A stretch of 57,650 nucleotides of DNA from an uncultured bacterium (GTDB taxonomy: Bacteria; Deinococcota; Deinococci; Deinococcales; Trueperaceae). The stretch is from the NCBI GenBank assembly GCA_964625655.1, contig CAZVCT010000003.1, positions 1-57,650 of the forward strand, read 5' to 3'. The translations under genes and the position numbers were made by a program. The notes beneath the pieces are model-generated. The model was given only the letters and a program-made list of their open reading frames with translations, did no database searches and was not told the DNA's origin. Below, piece by piece: positions 40,535 through 49,846 of this stretch (its first letter is position 1; every line of letters starts with the position of its first letter).

Positions 40535-41514
40535 GCGCGCGCGCTCCGGGTCACAGCGCCACCAGCGCCAGCAACGCCACCAGCGCCCAGCCGGCCGAAG
40601 GCACGTTCCGCTCGGTTCCGGTGACGGCGGCCTCGGCGAGGCCCCCCTCCCTAATCGGGGTGCGGGCGCGCACCCAGCGTGGGAAGGGCCGCCTGCGGGC
40701 GGGCGACATCCTGCGCTTCCTGCTGCTGCTTGTACTGGCCATCGTCTTCCTGGCGCCGATCTACTGGATGGTGACCACCTCCCTGAAGACGGAGGCCGCC
40801 ACCGTGGCGCGCCCCGTGCAGTGGTGGCCGCACGAGCCTACGCTCGAGAACTACCGCACCATCCTGCAGTCGCCCAACGCGCCGTTCGCGCGCTGGACGT
40901 TCAACTCGCTCTTCACCTCCACGGCGTTCGCGCTGCTCAGCATCGTGCTGGCCGTGCTGACCGCCTACCCGCTCTCGCGCATGCGCTTCCGCGGCCGCAG
41001 CGTGTGGTTCTGGGTGATCCTCTCGTCGATGATGATCCCCGGCGTCATCTTCCTGATCCCGCACTACCTGATGATGATCGGCTTCGGCTGGGTGGACACC
41101 TATCACGCGCTGATCTGGCCCGGGGTCCCGGCGGCGTTCGGCATCTTCCTGATGCGGCAGTTCTTCCTATCGATCCCGCGCGAGCTCGAGGAGGCCGCCC
41201 GCCTCGACGGCGCCAACAGCTTCCAGACGCTCTGGTACGTGCTGCTGCCGTTCCTGGTGGCGCCGATGGCGACGCTGGGGCTCTTCCAGTTCATGGCCTC
41301 GTGGAACAACTACGTCTGGCCGCTGTTCGTGGTGCACGGCGAGATGCAGACGCTGCCGGTGGCCATCACCACCTTCAGCAGCCGCTACTGGACCGCCTAC
41401 GGCAAGCTGATGGCCGGCACGGCCATCGCCGCGCTGCCCGTGCTGATCGCCTTCCTCTTCGCCCAGCGGTACTTCATCCGCGGGATGTCGCTGACGGGGC
41501 TCAAGGATGACTGA
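40531..41514 (+). CDS. Sugar ABC transporter permease (MalG/UgpE-like)
   Basis: ATGA overlap with the previous stop. EAA loop EEAARLDGANSFQTLWYVLLP. Confidence 0.85.
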   Translation: MSARAPGHSATSASNATSAQPAEGTFRSVPVTAASARPPSLIGVRARTQRGKGRLRAGDILRFLLLLVLAIVFLAPIYWMVTTSLKTEAATVARPVQWWPHEPTLENYRTILQSPNAPFARWTFNSLFTSTAFALLSIVLAVLTAYPLSRMRFRGRSVWFWVILSSMMIPGVIFLIPHYLMMIGFGWVDTYHALIWPGVPAAFGIFLMRQFFLSIPRELEEAARLDGANSFQTLWYVLLPFLVAPMATLGLFQFMASWNNYVWPLFVVHGEMQTLPVAITTFSSRYWTAYGKLMAGTAIAALPVLIAFLFAQRYFIRGMSLTGLKDD

Positions 41515-42721
41515 CCGCTTCTGGTGGCTGGTGGGGATCGAGAACGCCTTCGTTCCCGACATGGACGTCGACGAGCTCGGCTGGACGGGGCACCGCACCC
41601 GGTGGCGCGAAGACCTGGCGTTGGCCGCAGACGTGGGCGCCACGGGCATCCGCTACGGCATCACCTGGCCCGAGGTCGAGGTGGCGCCGGGCCGCTACGA
41701 CTTCACGCAGGTCGACGCCGTCCTCTCCGAGATGGAACGGCTGGGGCTGGAGCCCGTCTGGGACCTCGTGCACTTCGGCGTGCCGGCGCACCTGAAGGGC
41801 GGTTACCAGGACCCCGACTTCCCGGAGGCCTTCGCCGCGTACGCCGAGGCGTTCGCGCGGCGCTACCGCGGCACGGTGCGCAAGCTGACGCCCTGGAACG
41901 AGCCGTACATCAGTGTCTACTTCCGCGGCGGCTGGGGCATCTGGCCGCCGCACCTGAAGGGGCGCGAGGGGTTCGTGCAGCTGTTCGCGCCGCTGATGCG
42001 CGCGCTGCACGACGGCATCAGGCGGGTCGAGCGCGTAGCGCCCGACATGCAGATCTGGCTGAACGACGGCGCCGACACCTTCCACCCGGTGAGGCCCGAG
42101 GTGGCCGACGAGGCGCGCTTCCGCACGCTGCAACGCTACGCCCCCTTCGACGTCCTGCGCGGCCTGGCCGTGCCCGGCCACGAGACCTACGAGTGGCTGG
42201 TGAAGGCTGGCTACCCGCCGCACGAGCTGGAGCGGCTGGCGGCCGAGCCGGTGCGCATCGACGTCATCGGCCTCGACTACTACCCCGAGACGGAGCACGA
42301 CTTCGACGTGGACGAGGCCGGCGAGCCGGTGATCACCACGGCCCGTGAGAAGCTCGGCCTGGCCGCCACCGCGCTGGCCTACCACGAGCGCTTCGGCCTG
42401 CCGCTGTTCGTGGCCGAATCGAGCGCCTCCGGCACCGACGCGCAGAGGCGCGAGTGGATCGAGTGGAACCTGCGAGAGATCGAGGCGGCGCGCCAGGGCG
42501 GCGCCGACGTGGTGGGCTACACCTGGTGGCCGCTGTTCGACCACATCGACTGGAACACGCTGCTGACGCAGCGCACGGGCTTCGTGTGCCCGGCGGGCCT
42601 CTACTCGCTGGTCCCCACCGTGTCCGACAGGCAGGAGACCGACGCGGCGCGCGCCTTCCGCGAGGCGGCGACGCGCTCGGAGGCGGCCGAGACGGCGGCC
42701 GCTGTCGGGAGCGAGCGATGA
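41507..42721 (+). CDS. Glycoside hydrolase family 1-like protein
   Basis: (beta/alpha)8 GH-A pattern. TPWNEP (acid/base) and FVAESS (nucleophile region, divergent from ITENG). Confidence 0.65.
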   Translation: MTDRFWWLVGIENAFVPDMDVDELGWTGHRTRWREDLALAADVGATGIRYGITWPEVEVAPGRYDFTQVDAVLSEMERLGLEPVWDLVHFGVPAHLKGGYQDPDFPEAFAAYAEAFARRYRGTVRKLTPWNEPYISVYFRGGWGIWPPHLKGREGFVQLFAPLMRALHDGIRRVERVAPDMQIWLNDGADTFHPVRPEVADEARFRTLQRYAPFDVLRGLAVPGHETYEWLVKAGYPPHELERLAAEPVRIDVIGLDYYPETEHDFDVDEAGEPVITTAREKLGLAATALAYHERFGLPLFVAESSASGTDAQRREWIEWNLREIEAARQGGADVVGYTWWPLFDHIDWNTLLTQRTGFVCPAGLYSLVPTVSDRQETDAARAFREAATRSEAAETAAAVGSER

Positions 42722-43749
42722 TCCGGCGGCTCCTGGTGGCCCTGCTGCTGCTGAGCGCGGTGGAGGCGAGCATGGCCCAGACGACCGACACGAGCCTGGC
42801 GACCTACGTGAACCCCGTGATCGAGCCCGTGGCGGCCGACCCCAGCGTGATCCGGGCCGACGACGGCTTCTGGTACCTGTACGCCACCCAGGACCGCTGG
42901 GACGACGGCATCGAGCATTACCTGCCCATCTTCCGCAGCGCCGACCTCGTGACGTGGGAGTTCCTGGGCGACGTGTTCATCTTCCCGCCCCGCTGGAAGA
43001 GCCAGGGCTTCCTGTGGGCGCCCGACATCAGCGTCGTGAACGGTGTCTATCACCTCTATTACAGCTACTCGACCTGGGGCGACCCGAACCCGTGCATCGG
43101 CTTGGCGCGCTCCGATAGCCCCGCCGGACCCTGGGAAGACCTAGAGCGGCCCATCTTCTGCTCGGACGACATCGGCGTGCGCAACTCCATCGACCCGTAC
43201 CACCACGTGGCGGCAGACGGCGCGCGCACCCTGATCTGGGGCAGCTTCAACGGCATCCACGCCGTGCCCCTGTCGGACGATGGCACCGAGCCCGCCGGCG
43301 AGCCCGTGCGCATCGCCGACACGCGCTTCGAGGGCGCCTACGTGCACGAGCGCGACGGCTTCTACTACCTGTTCCTGGCGTCGGGCTCGTGCTGCGAAGG
43401 GGCGAACTCGAGCTACGCGACGTGGGTGGGGCGCTCCGAAGAACTGCTGGGGCCCTACCTGGACGACCTGGACCGCAACCTGCGCAGCGGCGGCGGGCGC
43501 ATCGTCGTCTACCGCAACGACGACTGGGTGGGCCCGGGCCACGTGGCGGTGGCCACCGACGACGCCGGCGACGACTGGCTCGTCTACCACGCGATCGACC
43601 CGACCCGGCCGCACCTGCGCAGCGGCGCCACGCGCCGGCCCACCCTGATCGACCGCATCGAGTGGGTGGACGGCTGGCCCGTGGTGAACGGCGACGAGGG
43701 CGCCACCTCGGGCGAGCGGCCGGCGCCGGTGGTGAACGGCGGGGAGTGA
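42718..43749 (+). CDS. Secreted glycoside hydrolase family 43 (arabinanase/galactanase/xylosidase type)
   Basis: ATGA overlap with the previous stop. Signal peptide MIRRLLVALLLLSAVEASMA. Motifs ADPSVIRADDGFWYLY, LWAPDI, FEGAYVHERDGFYYLF. Confidence 0.8.
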   Translation: MIRRLLVALLLLSAVEASMAQTTDTSLATYVNPVIEPVAADPSVIRADDGFWYLYATQDRWDDGIEHYLPIFRSADLVTWEFLGDVFIFPPRWKSQGFLWAPDISVVNGVYHLYYSYSTWGDPNPCIGLARSDSPAGPWEDLERPIFCSDDIGVRNSIDPYHHVAADGARTLIWGSFNGIHAVPLSDDGTEPAGEPVRIADTRFEGAYVHERDGFYYLFLASGSCCEGANSSYATWVGRSEELLGPYLDDLDRNLRSGGGRIVVYRNDDWVGPGHVAVATDDAGDDWLVYHAIDPTRPHLRSGATRRPTLIDRIEWVDGWPVVNGDEGATSGERPAPVVNGGE

Positions 43750-43766
43750 GCGAAGTCGAACGAAGC

Positions 43767-43826
43767 GCGGCCGGGCAGAGCTCGGCCGGGCAGAGCGCGA
43801 CCCGGCAGGGCGCGGCGGGGCGTAAC
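43767..43826. repeat. 15-bp tandem repeat, 4 copies, running into the CGTAAC repeat
   Basis: gcggccgggcagagc tcggccgggcagagc gcgacccggcagggc gcggcggggcgtaac. Confidence 0.8.
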
Positions 43827-43854
43827 GGAGGCGTAACGGACGCCTGACTACCTT
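43821..43854 (+). promoter_or_regulatory. CGTAACG direct repeat (11-bp phase) plus TACCTT -10; promoter of gene 43923
   Basis: CGTAAC at 43821 and 43832, then 11 nt, TACCTT at 43849-43854. Confidence 0.55.
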
Positions 43855-43864
43855 CGGGAGGACG

Positions 43865-43904
43865 GGGCGGGGGCGCGCCAGCGAGCTGCGGCGCGCCCCC
43901 GCCC
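43865..43904 (+). other. 15-bp perfect GC hairpin in the predicted 5' UTR of gene 43923
   Basis: GGGCGGGGGCGCGCC (43865-43879), a 10-nt loop, GGCGCGCCCCCGCCC (43890-43904). GGAGG follows at 43910 and ATG at 43923. Confidence 0.7.
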
Positions 43905-43922
43905 GCCCCGGAGGTGCCCGCC

Positions 43923-45401
43923 ATGACCGGAACCGCGACCCGCAAGCCCCGCACGCGAGCAGCGAACGATCGTCCGAGCCACGAACCGTCACGAGCTTCC
44001 CTCCCCCAAGCGCGCCGCGGATCCCCAGGCGCGCGCCTGGAAAGGGTGCTCGTCGCCATCGCCCTCCTGCTGCTGGCAGCCACGGCCGCGGCGCAGTACG
44101 CGGGCAGCTACGTGCTTCCGACGGACGATGGCACGGTCACGCTGCTGCTCGAGCAGCAGGACAGCTACGTGCAGGGCGAGCTGGACATGTACGGCTCCCG
44201 CTTCGCCGTGAACGGCGAGATCGATGATTCCGGCCTCTACGGCACGATCGGCAGCGGCGCCGACGAGCTCTACTTCGAGGCTGAGCTGGTGGCCGAAGGG
44301 CTCTACCTGATCGCGGCCGCCCTCGACCCCGCCACGGGCAGGCCCGACCCCGCGACCGCCGGCGAGTACCTCTTCCAACGCGCGGCGCCGGTTGCTGAGG
44401 TCGGAGCGCCAGGCACAGGCGCCGCAACGCGCGGCGGGAAGCTTCCCCCGACCAGCGCGCCGGCCGGGCCAGGAGCGCCCGCCACCACCGGGGCGCAGGC
44501 GGGCACGGGCGCCTCTAGCCCTGCCGGCGCCAGCGCCCAGCCCGCCGACATGCAGCCGGCACAGCTCGAGCGCCGCTACGAGGGCGGCACCCGGATCGGC
44601 TCGCACGACGCCGGCGTCTCGTTCGTGGTGCCGCAGGGCTACTACGCCGGCTACCACGCGGGCGAGAACGCCTTCATGGTCGTGTCGGACAGCCAACCGG
44701 GCCTCGTGGTCGTCGAGGCGCTCTCGCACCTGCCGCTGGACGAGGCGCTGGCCCAGCTCGGCACCGCCTTCGCCAGCGGCGACACCACCCTCTACCCGCA
44801 GGGGCAGCCGCAGGTGGCGGACGGGGTCGCCAGGGCGCGCTACTCGGTGGTGACGCCCCAGGGCCAGTTGGCGCTCTACCTGATGGGCGTCGCGGGTCCA
44901 AGCGCCAACGTGCTGATCGTCGGCGGGCTGGGGGCGCCGCACGAGAGCGGCGCCGTCGAGGCGCTCGTCGAGGCGATCGCCGGCAGCACCGTCATGACGC
45001 CGCCCACCAGGGCAAGCGCCCAGAACGCGGCGGCGCAGCTGGCGGGCGCGCGGCTCGGCCGCTCGTCGTCCACGAGCAGCAGCAGCACGAACGACAGTCA
45101 CTTCTCCAGCAGCTCCACCAGCCTCGACCTGTGCGCCAACGGCGGTTACGCCTTCGTCCACCGGTCGCAGGTGAGCGCCAGCGTGACGGGCGTAGGCGGC
45201 GGTGGCGTCGACGCTTCGAGCAGCGACATGGAGGAGGACCAGGGCAGCTGGAGCGTCGAGTCGGGCCTCCTGGGCCCCGTGGTCGTGCTGCGTTCGGCGC
45301 AGGGCGGCGCGCCCACGTTCCTGGGGCTGCTCGAGGCGAGTGGGACGCTCTACGTGGACGGACAGCCGGTGAGGGTAGCGCAGAGCTCCAACTGCTTCTG
45401 A
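43923..45401 (+). CDS. Secreted protein of unknown function, paralogue B
   Basis: Track ORF starts at GTG 43914. ATG 43923 has GGAGG 8 nt upstream. Hydrophobic signal-like segment VLVAIALLLLAATAAAQ. Homology blocks shared with 31539..32753. Carries an extra Ala/Gly/Pro linker and a Ser-rich stretch. Confidence 0.75.
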   Translation: MTGTATRKPRTRAANDRPSHEPSRASLPQARRGSPGARLERVLVAIALLLLAATAAAQYAGSYVLPTDDGTVTLLLEQQDSYVQGELDMYGSRFAVNGEIDDSGLYGTIGSGADELYFEAELVAEGLYLIAAALDPATGRPDPATAGEYLFQRAAPVAEVGAPGTGAATRGGKLPPTSAPAGPGAPATTGAQAGTGASSPAGASAQPADMQPAQLERRYEGGTRIGSHDAGVSFVVPQGYYAGYHAGENAFMVVSDSQPGLVVVEALSHLPLDEALAQLGTAFASGDTTLYPQGQPQVADGVARARYSVVTPQGQLALYLMGVAGPSANVLIVGGLGAPHESGAVEALVEAIAGSTVMTPPTRASAQNAAAQLAGARLGRSSSTSSSSTNDSHFSSSSTSLDLCANGGYAFVHRSQVSASVTGVGGGGVDASSSDMEEDQGSWSVESGLLGPVVVLRSAQGGAPTFLGLLEASGTLYVDGQPVRVAQSSNCF

Positions 45402-45425
45402 GCAGCGCGGGGCCCGGCCGCGAGG

Positions 45426-45459
45426 CGTAACGACGACGTAACGCACGCACGCCTAGCCT
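45426..45459 (+). promoter_or_regulatory. CGTAACG direct repeat (11-bp phase) plus TAGCCT -10; promoter of gene 45478
   Basis: CGTAAC at 45426 and 45437, then 11 nt, TAGCCT at 45454-45459. AGGAGG at 45466 and ATG at 45478. Confidence 0.55.
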
Positions 45460-45477
45460 CGCGGCAGGAGGTCAGAG

Positions 45478-46626
45478 ATGTACCAAGTACCCAACGCGTC
45501 CGCCCGTCGGCCCCGCCACCTGCTGAAGGTCACCCTGATCACAACCCTGATCACAGCCCTGTTCGCCATGCTGCTCGCCGCCTGCCAGACCGGCGCCCCC
45601 GGCGGTGGCGGCGTAGACCAGACCGGCACCCTGCAGGTGAACGTCACAGGCGTCGCCACTGCCGCCGTGAGCGTCACGGGCCCGGGCTCCTACAGCCGGC
45701 AGCTCACGAGCAGCACCACGCTCACCGGCCTCGAGCCCGGCACCTACGTCGTCAGCGCCACGCAGGTGGACACCTCCACCGGCAGCTTCGCCCCCGTAGT
45801 AAGCGGCTCTCCGGCCACGGTGGCCGCCGGCGCCACCGCGACCGCCACCGCCACCGTCACCGTCGGGTACGTCTTCCTGGACCCCACCGCCGTCGGCGGC
45901 CTGCAGATCGACGTCACCGGCCTGGGAACCGACGTGAACGCGGCCATCACGGTGACCGGACCGGGCGGCTTCAGCCAGGCGGTTACCGCCTCGACCACCC
46001 TGACGTCGCTCGTGCCGGGCTACTACGAGGTGTCCGCGGCCAACGTCACGGCGGGCGCCGCCACCTACCGAGCCGTGGTCGACCCCGCAACCGCGCTGGT
46101 GCTGCCCGAGGAGACCGCCACCGTCAGCATCGCCTACGGGCAGGAGGCCGAACAGGACGACGACAGCGCCATCGCCCACGCCGTCTACGCGCAGTTCCGC
46201 CCTACCTCCGGACCGCCCGTCAGTGTGGACGCGCCGCTCTTCAACGAAGCCGCGCTCGACGTGAAGGGCCTCTCGTACCGCAACGACGTCTCGTATCCCG
46301 GCGACGTCAGCGACCATTTGATCTTCGACATCTCCGGAGGCGAGAGCCAGGCGGTGACCATCACCGTGAACCTCGACTGCGGCGCGTACGCCGCGGACCC
46401 GAGCCCCATCCGCGCCCGCTTCTACAGCGCAGGCGGCGACCTCCTGCGCACCATCACCTGCAACGACGGTCCCAGGCAGCTGAGCATCGAGAACTCCGGC
46501 ACGCTGGAGGGGTTCACCGTCGAGATCGCGCCCACCCTCTCGGACCGTCAGTTCTACGTCGCCTATGAGCTGACGATGGACGCCTTCTGCTTCGGCGGTT
46601 GCGTCTACGAGCCGTACGTGCCTTAG
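45478..46626 (+). CDS. Lipoprotein with two tandem Ig-like repeats and a C-terminal PPC-like (pre-peptidase C-terminal) domain
   Basis: Lipobox LLAAC. Two ~85-aa repeats (GTLQVNVTG...VTGPGSYSRQLTSSTTLTGLEPGTYVVSA and GGLQIDVTG...VTGPGGFSQAVTASTTLTSLVPGYYEVSA). The C-terminal segment GDVSDHLIFDISGGESQAVTITVNL is PPC-like. Confidence 0.75.
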   Translation: MYQVPNASARRPRHLLKVTLITTLITALFAMLLAACQTGAPGGGGVDQTGTLQVNVTGVATAAVSVTGPGSYSRQLTSSTTLTGLEPGTYVVSATQVDTSTGSFAPVVSGSPATVAAGATATATATVTVGYVFLDPTAVGGLQIDVTGLGTDVNAAITVTGPGGFSQAVTASTTLTSLVPGYYEVSAANVTAGAATYRAVVDPATALVLPEETATVSIAYGQEAEQDDDSAIAHAVYAQFRPTSGPPVSVDAPLFNEAALDVKGLSYRNDVSYPGDVSDHLIFDISGGESQAVTITVNLDCGAYAADPSPIRARFYSAGGDLLRTITCNDGPRQLSIENSGTLEGFTVEIAPTLSDRQFYVAYELTMDAFCFGGCVYEPYVP

Positions 46627-46656
46627 ATCCGCTCGGCGGTTCAGGGTCCGCTCGGA

Positions 46657-46681
46657 AGTCCTCGCCGATCAGGCGAGGACT
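46657..46681 (+). terminator. Hairpin terminator after the lipoprotein gene
   Basis: AGTCCTCGCC-gatca-GGCGAGGACT, followed by cgTTcaTTcc. Confidence 0.5.
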
Positions 46682-46764
46682 CGTTCATTCCGTCGACACC
46701 ACGCACGTTCGTTCATCCCCGTGCGCGAGGAACCGCGGGTCATCCCGCGTACAATCACCCCACG

Positions 46765-49700
46765 GTGAACCCGATCGTTCGGCTCCTGGGCGGCGACGAC
46801 GCGGGAGGCGAGCAGCTGCCGGCCGACAAGCGCGGCGCGCTGCTCGCCTACCTCGCGTACGACGGCGGCTGGCTGAACCGCGAGCGCCTGGCGTTCCTCT
46901 TCTGGCCCGATACGGACGAAGCCGGCGCGCGCCGCAACCTGCGGCAGCTGCTGAACCGCGTCCGGGCGCTGCACCTGAGCGTGCCCCCCGAGATCGAGAC
47001 GCAGCGCCTGCGCTGGACGGTGCCCACCGACGTGGCAGCCTTCCGGCAGGCGTACGCGCGCCAGACCTGGGCAGAGGTGATCGCCCTCTACCGGGGTGAG
47101 CTGCTCCAGGGCTTCCCCCTCGATGGCGCCAGCGGCTTCGGCGCCTGGCTCGAGCTGGAGCGCGAGAACCTGCGCCAGGCGTACCGCCGCGCCGTAGAGC
47201 GCGCGGCCGAGGCGCTCGAAGAGGCCGGCGACCACGCCGCCGCTGCCGAGCTCCTGACGCCCCTGCTTAACGGTGAGGAACTGGCGGAGGAGGCGCTGCA
47301 GGCCTACATGCGCAACGCCTACCTGGCGGGGCAGCGCGACCATGCGCTGGCCGCCTACCGACGCTTCGCCGCGCGCCTCGAGGACGAGCTCGCCCTCGAA
47401 CCCCTGGACGCCACGCGCGAGCTGGCCGATACGATCACGCGCGCCGCGCCCGTGACAGGTCTGGCGCCGGCACCAGCGCCCGCCGTGCGCACGCCGCTGA
47501 CCGTCCAGCGCCCGCCGCGGGTGGTGGGCCGCGAGGCGGAGGCGCGTCAGGCCCGGACGGCCGCTACCCCGGTGGTGCTGCTGCGCGGCGAGGCGGGGGT
47601 CGGCAAATCGCGCCTCATGGAAGAGCTGGCGCCCGGGGCCGCAGCTCGAACAGTGCGCTGCCTCGAGGGGCTGCGCTCCGTGCCGTACCAGCCGATCGTG
47701 GAGCTGGCGCGAGGTTCCATGACGGCCGGCCTGGACCTGAGTTCTCTTGGCGACTACCGCGACGACCTGGCCCGGCTGCTGCCGGAGGCGCTGCCCGCTC
47801 AGCGGCCGCCGCCCGCCGACCCGGCCACGGCGAAGGCGCGCCTGCTGGAGGCGCTGGCGCGCTTCCTCGAGCTGGCCTTCCAAGGGGCCGAGGGGCGCTT
47901 CGACCTGCTGTTCGACGACCTGCAGTGGGCCGACGACGGCACCCTCGAGCTGCTCTCGTTCCTCGCCTCCCGGCGCCGGCTGCGGCTGCTGGGCGCGTTC
48001 CGCCGCTTCGAGGAAGGCCCGCGCCTGTCCGCGACGCTGGCCGCGCTGCGTTCGGACCACGCTCTGACGGTGGTCGAGCTGGAACCGCTCGGCGAACCCG
48101 AGCTTAGGCGCCTGCTGGCCGAGCTGATCGGCGTGGACGAAGGGCCGGCCGCCTTCAGCCAGTGGCTGCACAAGAGCAGCGCGGGCAACGTGATGTTCGC
48201 GCTCGAGACCCTCAAGTCGCTGTTCGAGGCCGGCGTCCTGCGGCTCGGCGAGGCGGGGTGGAGCACCGAGCTGGACGCCATCACCCGCGACTACAGCGAG
48301 CTGGAGACGCCGCGCGCCATCGCCGAGGTGGTCGAGCGCCGCGCCGGGCGCCTGTCCAGCGAGGCGCTGCGGGCGGTGCAGGCAGCAGCCGTGATGGGCC
48401 AGGACCTCGATCCGGCCACCGTGGCGCGGGCGGTGGGGCTCTCGGAGTGGGCGGCCCTGGATGCCTTCGACGAGCTGGAGCGCAGCGGCATGCTGGCTGG
48501 GAACGCCTTCCGCCACGACCTGCTTCGGCAGTCCGTCTACCGGAACCTGCCCCAGGCGCGGCGGAGGCTGCTGCACGGCAGGGTGGCGCAGGTGCTCGAC
48601 GCGGGCGAGCAGCCGATCGTGGTCTCCGAGCACCTGCTGGCCGCCGGCGAGTTCGGCCGCGCCGCCTCGCTGCAGTTGGGCGCGATCAGCGAGCTGGAGC
48701 GGCTGGGCCTCACGGAGCAGGCGACGGCGCTGCTGGAGACGAGCATCGCCACCATCGAGCGCGAGAGCCCGGGGCACGAGGCGCTCCTGAGGCTCAGGGC
48801 GGGCCTCGCGGGCGCCTACCGCACGGCGGGCCACGCCGAGCGGTCGCTGGCGCAGGCCGAAGCGGTGCTGGCCGAAGCCACCGACCCCTACCTGCTGGCC
48901 TCCGCACTCGAGACCAAAGCGGGGTTGCAACTGGGTTCGGGTCAGCTCGAGGAGGCGCTCGGGACGGCGCAACGCGCCCAGGAGCTGGCCGAACGCGTCG
49001 GCGCCGAGCGGCTGGCCCGTAGCGCCTCGGTGCTGGTGGCATCGGTGGCCTACTACCAGGGGCGGTTCGACGACGCGCTCGAGATCGTGAAACGCAACGT
49101 CGAGGCGCTCCGCGCGGACGGCACCGACATCGATCTCGCCAGCCAACTGACCAGCCTGGGCGCCATCCACGACGACCTCGGGCGGCACGAGGAGGCTCTG
49201 GGAGCCCACCAGGAGGCGCTCGGCATCGCGCAGCGCCTCAGGTCGAAGTTCGTGCAGGTGAACGTCGCGATGAACCTGCTGCAGTGCCTGATGGCGCTGG
49301 GGCGCCCCGAAGAGGCCCTTGGCGTGGCGCGCGAGGCCCTGGCTCTGGGGCGGTTCGATAGCACCGCCACGCTGCGCAACAACTTCGCGGCCTCCCTGAT
49401 GGACCTGGGGAGGCTGGACGAGGCGGAGGCCGAGTTCGCGGTGCAGCTGGAGGAGGTCTCCGACCCGACGCTTCGCGCGCTGGCCCTGGCACGCCTCGCG
49501 CGCATCCACCACGCCCGGGGACGGCACGCGCAGGCGCGCGAGGCCCTCGAGCAGGCGCTGGAGCAGGCGCGGCTGACCGACTACCCGGTCGCGCGCGTGT
49601 CGGTGGCGCGCTCCCTGGTCGACGTGGGCGACGAGGCGCTGCAGCGCGAGCTGCCCGACCTGCTGCTGGGCCTGGACGACAAGAGCCTGCCGCCCGAGCT

Positions 49701-49812
49701 GCGGCCGACGCCGGCTACGGACGCACCCGATGCGGAGGCGCCCGATACGGGAACGCCCGATGCGGGAACGCCTGACGCGGCGACGCCCGACGCGCGGGCG
49801 CCAGGGGCGTAA
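46765..49812 (+). CDS. AfsR-like regulator: SARP wHTH + BTAD, STAND/AAA ATPase, TPR repeats
   Basis: N-terminus: LPADKRGALLAYLAYDGGWLNRERLAFLFWPD...ARRNLRQLLNRVR (OmpR/SARP wHTH), followed by BTAD. Walker A LLRGEAGVGKS, Walker B LLFDDLQWAD. About 450 aa of TPR-like repeats. C-terminal pentapeptide repeat APDxx. TACAAT -10 lies 9 nt before GTG 46765. Confidence 0.85.
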   Translation: MNPIVRLLGGDDAGGEQLPADKRGALLAYLAYDGGWLNRERLAFLFWPDTDEAGARRNLRQLLNRVRALHLSVPPEIETQRLRWTVPTDVAAFRQAYARQTWAEVIALYRGELLQGFPLDGASGFGAWLELERENLRQAYRRAVERAAEALEEAGDHAAAAELLTPLLNGEELAEEALQAYMRNAYLAGQRDHALAAYRRFAARLEDELALEPLDATRELADTITRAAPVTGLAPAPAPAVRTPLTVQRPPRVVGREAEARQARTAATPVVLLRGEAGVGKSRLMEELAPGAAARTVRCLEGLRSVPYQPIVELARGSMTAGLDLSSLGDYRDDLARLLPEALPAQRPPPADPATAKARLLEALARFLELAFQGAEGRFDLLFDDLQWADDGTLELLSFLASRRRLRLLGAFRRFEEGPRLSATLAALRSDHALTVVELEPLGEPELRRLLAELIGVDEGPAAFSQWLHKSSAGNVMFALETLKSLFEAGVLRLGEAGWSTELDAITRDYSELETPRAIAEVVERRAGRLSSEALRAVQAAAVMGQDLDPATVARAVGLSEWAALDAFDELERSGMLAGNAFRHDLLRQSVYRNLPQARRRLLHGRVAQVLDAGEQPIVVSEHLLAAGEFGRAASLQLGAISELERLGLTEQATALLETSIATIERESPGHEALLRLRAGLAGAYRTAGHAERSLAQAEAVLAEATDPYLLASALETKAGLQLGSGQLEEALGTAQRAQELAERVGAERLARSASVLVASVAYYQGRFDDALEIVKRNVEALRADGTDIDLASQLTSLGAIHDDLGRHEEALGAHQEALGIAQRLRSKFVQVNVAMNLLQCLMALGRPEEALGVAREALALGRFDSTATLRNNFAASLMDLGRLDEAEAEFAVQLEEVSDPTLRALALARLARIHHARGRHAQAREALEQALEQARLTDYPVARVSVARSLVDVGDEALQRELPDLLLGLDDKSLPPELRPTPATDAPDAEAPDTGTPDAGTPDAATPDARAPGA
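49723..49812 (+). repeat. 15-bp tandem repeat, 6 copies, encoding (A/T)PDxx at the C-terminus of the AfsR-like protein
   Basis: gcacccgatgcggag gcgcccgatacggga acgcccgatgcggga acgcctgacgcggcg acgcccgacgcgcgg gcgccaggggcgtaa. The last unit contains the stop codon and the first CGTAAC. Confidence 0.85.
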
Positions 49813-49840
49813 CGGCGCCGTAACACCGGCTGCGTACGCT
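49808..49840 (+). promoter_or_regulatory. CGTAACG/CGTAACA direct repeat (11-bp phase) plus TACGCT -10; leaderless promoter of gene 49847
   Basis: CGTAAC at 49808 (overlapping the TAA stop of the regulator) and 49819, then 10 nt, TACGCT at 49835-49840, then 6 nt, ATG 49847. Confidence 0.55.
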
Positions 49841-49846
49841 TCGAAC

